Shown here in pieces: positions 61,131-64,000 of a DNA stretch of 64,000 nucleotides; positions within the stretch are counted from its first letter, which is position 1; the number at the start of each line of letters is the position of its first letter. The stretch comes from Eledone cirrhosa (taxonomy: Eukaryota). The DNA lies in the NCBI GenBank assembly GCA_964016885.1, contig OZ024742.1, positions 301,444,001 to 301,508,000 on the forward strand. The letters are read 5' to 3'. The notes under the pieces were generated by a model that was not told the DNA's origin, did not search any database, and saw nothing but the letters and a program-made list of their open reading frames with translations. Made by a program: the position numbers and the translations under genes.

Positions 61131-64000
61131 ATGGCCATATTAAGAGTAGGAAGTTTAAATGTTCGCGGCCTGGGGTCACCCTGGAAGCAGGGTCGCCTGC
61201 TCAACGACCTCCGGTCGCTGGAAATGGATGTGATTGCCGTAAGCGAGACCAGAATTTCCGACACGCGTGCACTAGCCCCCATTTTCGACGACTATCAGAT
61301 CTTCGCATCTGTTAGCAGGCCGGGAATGGGAGGTGGGGTGGCAGTGCTGTTTAGGAAAGGACTGGATCTCGAGGTAAGGTCGATCTTCCGGGACCCGGAC
61401 GGTAAGTTGGTGGTCTTGGATGTGAGCAGTAGCGAAGGTGGTGCCTTTAGACTGCTGGCCGTCTACGCCCCAACAGGGGCCGGACGACCTGACTTCTTTA
61501 GGCGCCTGGAGACCTTTCTGGGTACGTCTCGCCCTTTATTGTTAGCGGAGGACTGGAATGGCATCTTAGACGCACGCTGGGATTGTGTGGGAGTAGCCGA
61601 TAGGAGCGGGGGGTGCAAAAGCCTCAAGCACCTACTCAGCCAGTTCCAACTGTCTGACAGGTATCGACTAGATTTCCCCAATGTGCCAGTATGGACATGG
61701 ACCAACCGAATGGGGTCATCTAGATCGTATATAGACAGAATCTTCATTAGGAAAATAGATAGAAATAGTGTGGGCTGTCCACTTTTTAAAACGGTCGCCT
61801 ATTCAGATCACAAATTTGTGATCTGTACGGTCGACCTAAATAAAACGCGTAGGTTAGGACCGGGTTACTGGAAGCTGAACATGTCATTTCCGGCACGTAA
61901 GGCTTACAGGGACCGAGTCAATAAGTTAGTTAAGCAAAAGTTGACAGGAGGGATCATCAACAACAGATGGTGGGGGGCTCTCAAAAGAGAGATTAGAGTA
62001 ACTTCGATAGAGTTCAGCAAAGAACTAGCGTTAGAGAAAAATAGAAAGGAGGGGGAGCTGGTAGATAAGTTAGACGAGGCTATTTGTAGTGGCATCGCAA
62101 CTGACGTGCTAGCGGCGAGAATGGCATTAGACCATTTCTTCAATGCCAAACACGAAGGTTGCATTGTCAGAGCTAAGGCGCGTGCGCTGAGAAACGAGGG
62201 AACTAAAGCTGTTCGATGGGCCCGCGTGGCGGAGGCGCAGCGTGGTAATAAAACCACAATTCGGTCTTTGGCGGACCGAGACGGACACGAGATAAGCGAT
62301 TCCAAGCGGATGTGTGAGGCCTTTCGCCAGCACTTTGCTCGGTTGTTCGGGGAGAGTGGCGAGTCAGAGAGAGTAGCGGATTTCAGTCCCTACCTTGACG
62401 GCTTGCCGCGCATCTCGACGGTCGACGCTGAGCGCTGCGAAAGGCCGATTACTTCAGCCGAAATTCAGGACGCCCTTGTCGGCTGCATGAGGCGCAAGTC
62501 ACCCGGTTTGGATGGCCTGCCCTACGAGCTTTACGTAAATATGCCAGACTTGTTCTCCGAACTCCTCAAAGCACTCTACTGTAACTGGCAGCAGAATGGG
62601 AGTATTCCCAGTTCTGTGAGCAGGGGAGTGGTGACGCTGATAAGGAAAGACGAGAACAAGAGGGATACATTAGACAACTTCAGGCCCATAACTCTGCTCA
62701 ACACAGAGTTTAAGATTTTGGCCAAGGTGTTAGCAAAGAGATTGGCGCTTGTCGTCGAGGATTTGGTTGGGGAGGCGCAAACTTGCGCAATCCCAGCCAG
62801 GTCCATACACGACAATCTCCACCTCATGCGATATATCATAGAGAGGGTAGGGTGTAAACCTGGCTTCGGTGGGGCACTGATCAATTTAGATCAATCGAAA
62901 GCATTCGATAGGTTCGACCATCGGTATCTGGAGTTTGTCCTCAAAGCAGCTGGCTTCGGCCCTGTCTTTAGAAGCTGGATCGTTGCAATGCACAGCGGCA
63001 CACGCTCGGTGGTCAAGGTTAATGGCCACCTCTCGGAACCATTTCGGCTCTCCCGATCGGTCCGTCAAGGGTGCCCTCTCTCTTCCCTTCTGTACGTATT
63101 GACTCTCGAGCCTTTACTGCGGAAGCTGGAGCTGTTGCAGGGCATCCCGCTCGAACCGGGACGTGGAAAGGCGGTGTCGGCTTATGCGGACGACATCACC
63201 GTGATGGTGTCGAACACCTCAGAAATCGAGGTGGTCGGCACCTTATTGAAGGAATATGAAAGGTTGACAGGAGCCAAACTTAACCCGGAAAAGTCGGTGG
63301 GCTTGCAGCTCAGAACCTGGAGAGGCAAGCCCATGCCGTCCAACAGCGTCGTGGGGCGCTGGACGGACAGACCAGTAAAGTTGCTCGGGGTTTGGTTCGG
63401 ACCAGACCTCCAGGTGGAAAAGAATTGGGACGAGGTAACGAGTAGAGTAGCCAGTCTCACCCAAAAATGGGCTGGGAGGAAGCTATCACTGAAAGGTCGC
63501 GCGGAGGTGGCGAATGCGTACATCGCGTCCGTCATCTATTACCGCCTAACCGTCGTGCCTTGCCCCCGTCCGCGCCTCGTCAAGTTGGAACGGCTCCTCT
63601 TCAAATTCTTGTGGAGGGGACAAGTTCCGTTGGTGAGGCGGTCCATCTGCTGCCAGCACCCTCTACGCGGAGGGCTGGGCATGCCGTGGCTAATGATGCG
63701 CAGACATGCGTTGAGGCTGCGACATCTCCAGATATTCTGCCTCAATGGTGAACAGGTATGGTCGCCGTTTATCAGACGGGCCTTTCCGCAGCTCATTTCT
63801 TTGACTGAGCTGCAGTCCTGGGTCAAGAAGAGACCGAGACTGGGTGACTGGCACCTGGAATGTTGCCAGGCACTCACTGCCCTCTACCAAGCGGGCAATG
63901 CGATCAGTGGAACTTCCACTCTCGAGTTCTATAGAGGATTAGTGGTGGGCAAGTGCGATGACGCACTCGGAGAAGCTTTGGGCCTCGACGAAGTCGAACT
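61131..64000 (+). CDS. Tx1-like ORF2 (APE + RT), open to the window end and absent from the ORF track
   Basis: Hand translation has no stop: MAILRVGSLNVRG, VSET, VYAP, AEDWN, YIDR, YSDH, GYWKLN, KSPGLDGLP, FRPITLLN, DQSKAFD, RQGCPLS, YADD, GGLG. Confidence 0.92.
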   Translation, partial: MAILRVGSLNVRGLGSPWKQGRLLNDLRSLEMDVIAVSETRISDTRALAPIFDDYQIFASVSRPGMGGGVAVLFRKGLDLEVRSIFRDPDGKLVVLDVSSSEGGAFRLLAVYAPTGAGRPDFFRRLETFLGTSRPLLLAEDWNGILDARWDCVGVADRSGGCKSLKHLLSQFQLSDRYRLDFPNVPVWTWTNRMGSSRSYIDRIFIRKIDRNSVGCPLFKTVAYSDHKFVICTVDLNKTRRLGPGYWKLNMSFPARKAYRDRVNKLVKQKLTGGIINNRWWGALKREIRVTSIEFSKELALEKNRKEGELVDKLDEAICSGIATDVLAARMALDHFFNAKHEGCIVRAKARALRNEGTKAVRWARVAEAQRGNKTTIRSLADRDGHEISDSKRMCEAFRQHFARLFGESGESERVADFSPYLDGLPRISTVDAERCERPITSAEIQDALVGCMRRKSPGLDGLPYELYVNMPDLFSELLKALYCNWQQNGSIPSSVSRGVVTLIRKDENKRDTLDNFRPITLLNTEFKILAKVLAKRLALVVEDLVGEAQTCAIPARSIHDNLHLMRYIIERVGCKPGFGGALINLDQSKAFDRFDHRYLEFVLKAAGFGPVFRSWIVAMHSGTRSVVKVNGHLSEPFRLSRSVRQGCPLSSLLYVLTLEPLLRKLELLQGIPLEPGRGKAVSAYADDITVMVSNTSEIEVVGTLLKEYERLTGAKLNPEKSVGLQLRTWRGKPMPSNSVVGRWTDRPVKLLGVWFGPDLQVEKNWDEVTSRVASLTQKWAGRKLSLKGRAEVANAYIASVIYYRLTVVPCPRPRLVKLERLLFKFLWRGQVPLVRRSICCQHPLRGGLGMPWLMMRRHALRLRHLQIFCLNGEQVWSPFIRRAFPQLISLTELQSWVKKRPRLGDWHLECCQALTALYQAGNAISGTSTLEFYRGLVVGKCDDALGEALGLDEVE

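Larger units (their letters stand above)
58915..64000 (+). mobile_element. L1/Tx1-type LINE, apparently 5'-complete, running off the window
   Basis: Starts right after the (ATT)n SINE tail; ORF1 with zinc knuckle; ORF2 with APE and RT. Confidence 0.92.

Overview
This is eukaryotic, repeat-dominated DNA with dense (TA)n, (CA)n and (GA)n tracts, tRNA-derived SINEs and several retroelement classes. The repeat spectrum suggests an octopod or other coleoid cephalopod, but that is inference. No host gene can be identified with confidence, only weak minus-strand exon candidates. Recognisable elements: four RTE-clade LINEs whose RT carries an inserted PHD-type Cys/His finger (one near full length, ORF 43822-47046); two decayed Penelope-like elements (PLEs; RT plus GIY-YIG); an L1/Tx1-type LINE whose ORF2 is open from 61131 to the window end and is missing from the ORF track; CRE- and R4-like remnants; a solo LTR; MITEs; Helitron-like pieces; minisatellites. 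The most notable unexplained signal is at least four families of non-coding, (TA)n-embedded fold-back elements with hand-foldable type I hammerhead ribozymes in their termini. Two families use the compensated U3-A8 core (TTGANAA) with very long stem II loops, truncations recur inside stem II, and two loci contain copies of nearby flanking DNA. A second candidate is a 30-nt GTAAGT...TAG segment that holds the only stop between the in-frame ORF1 and ORF2 of the Tx1 element. All folds and alignments were done by eye and element boundaries are approximate.
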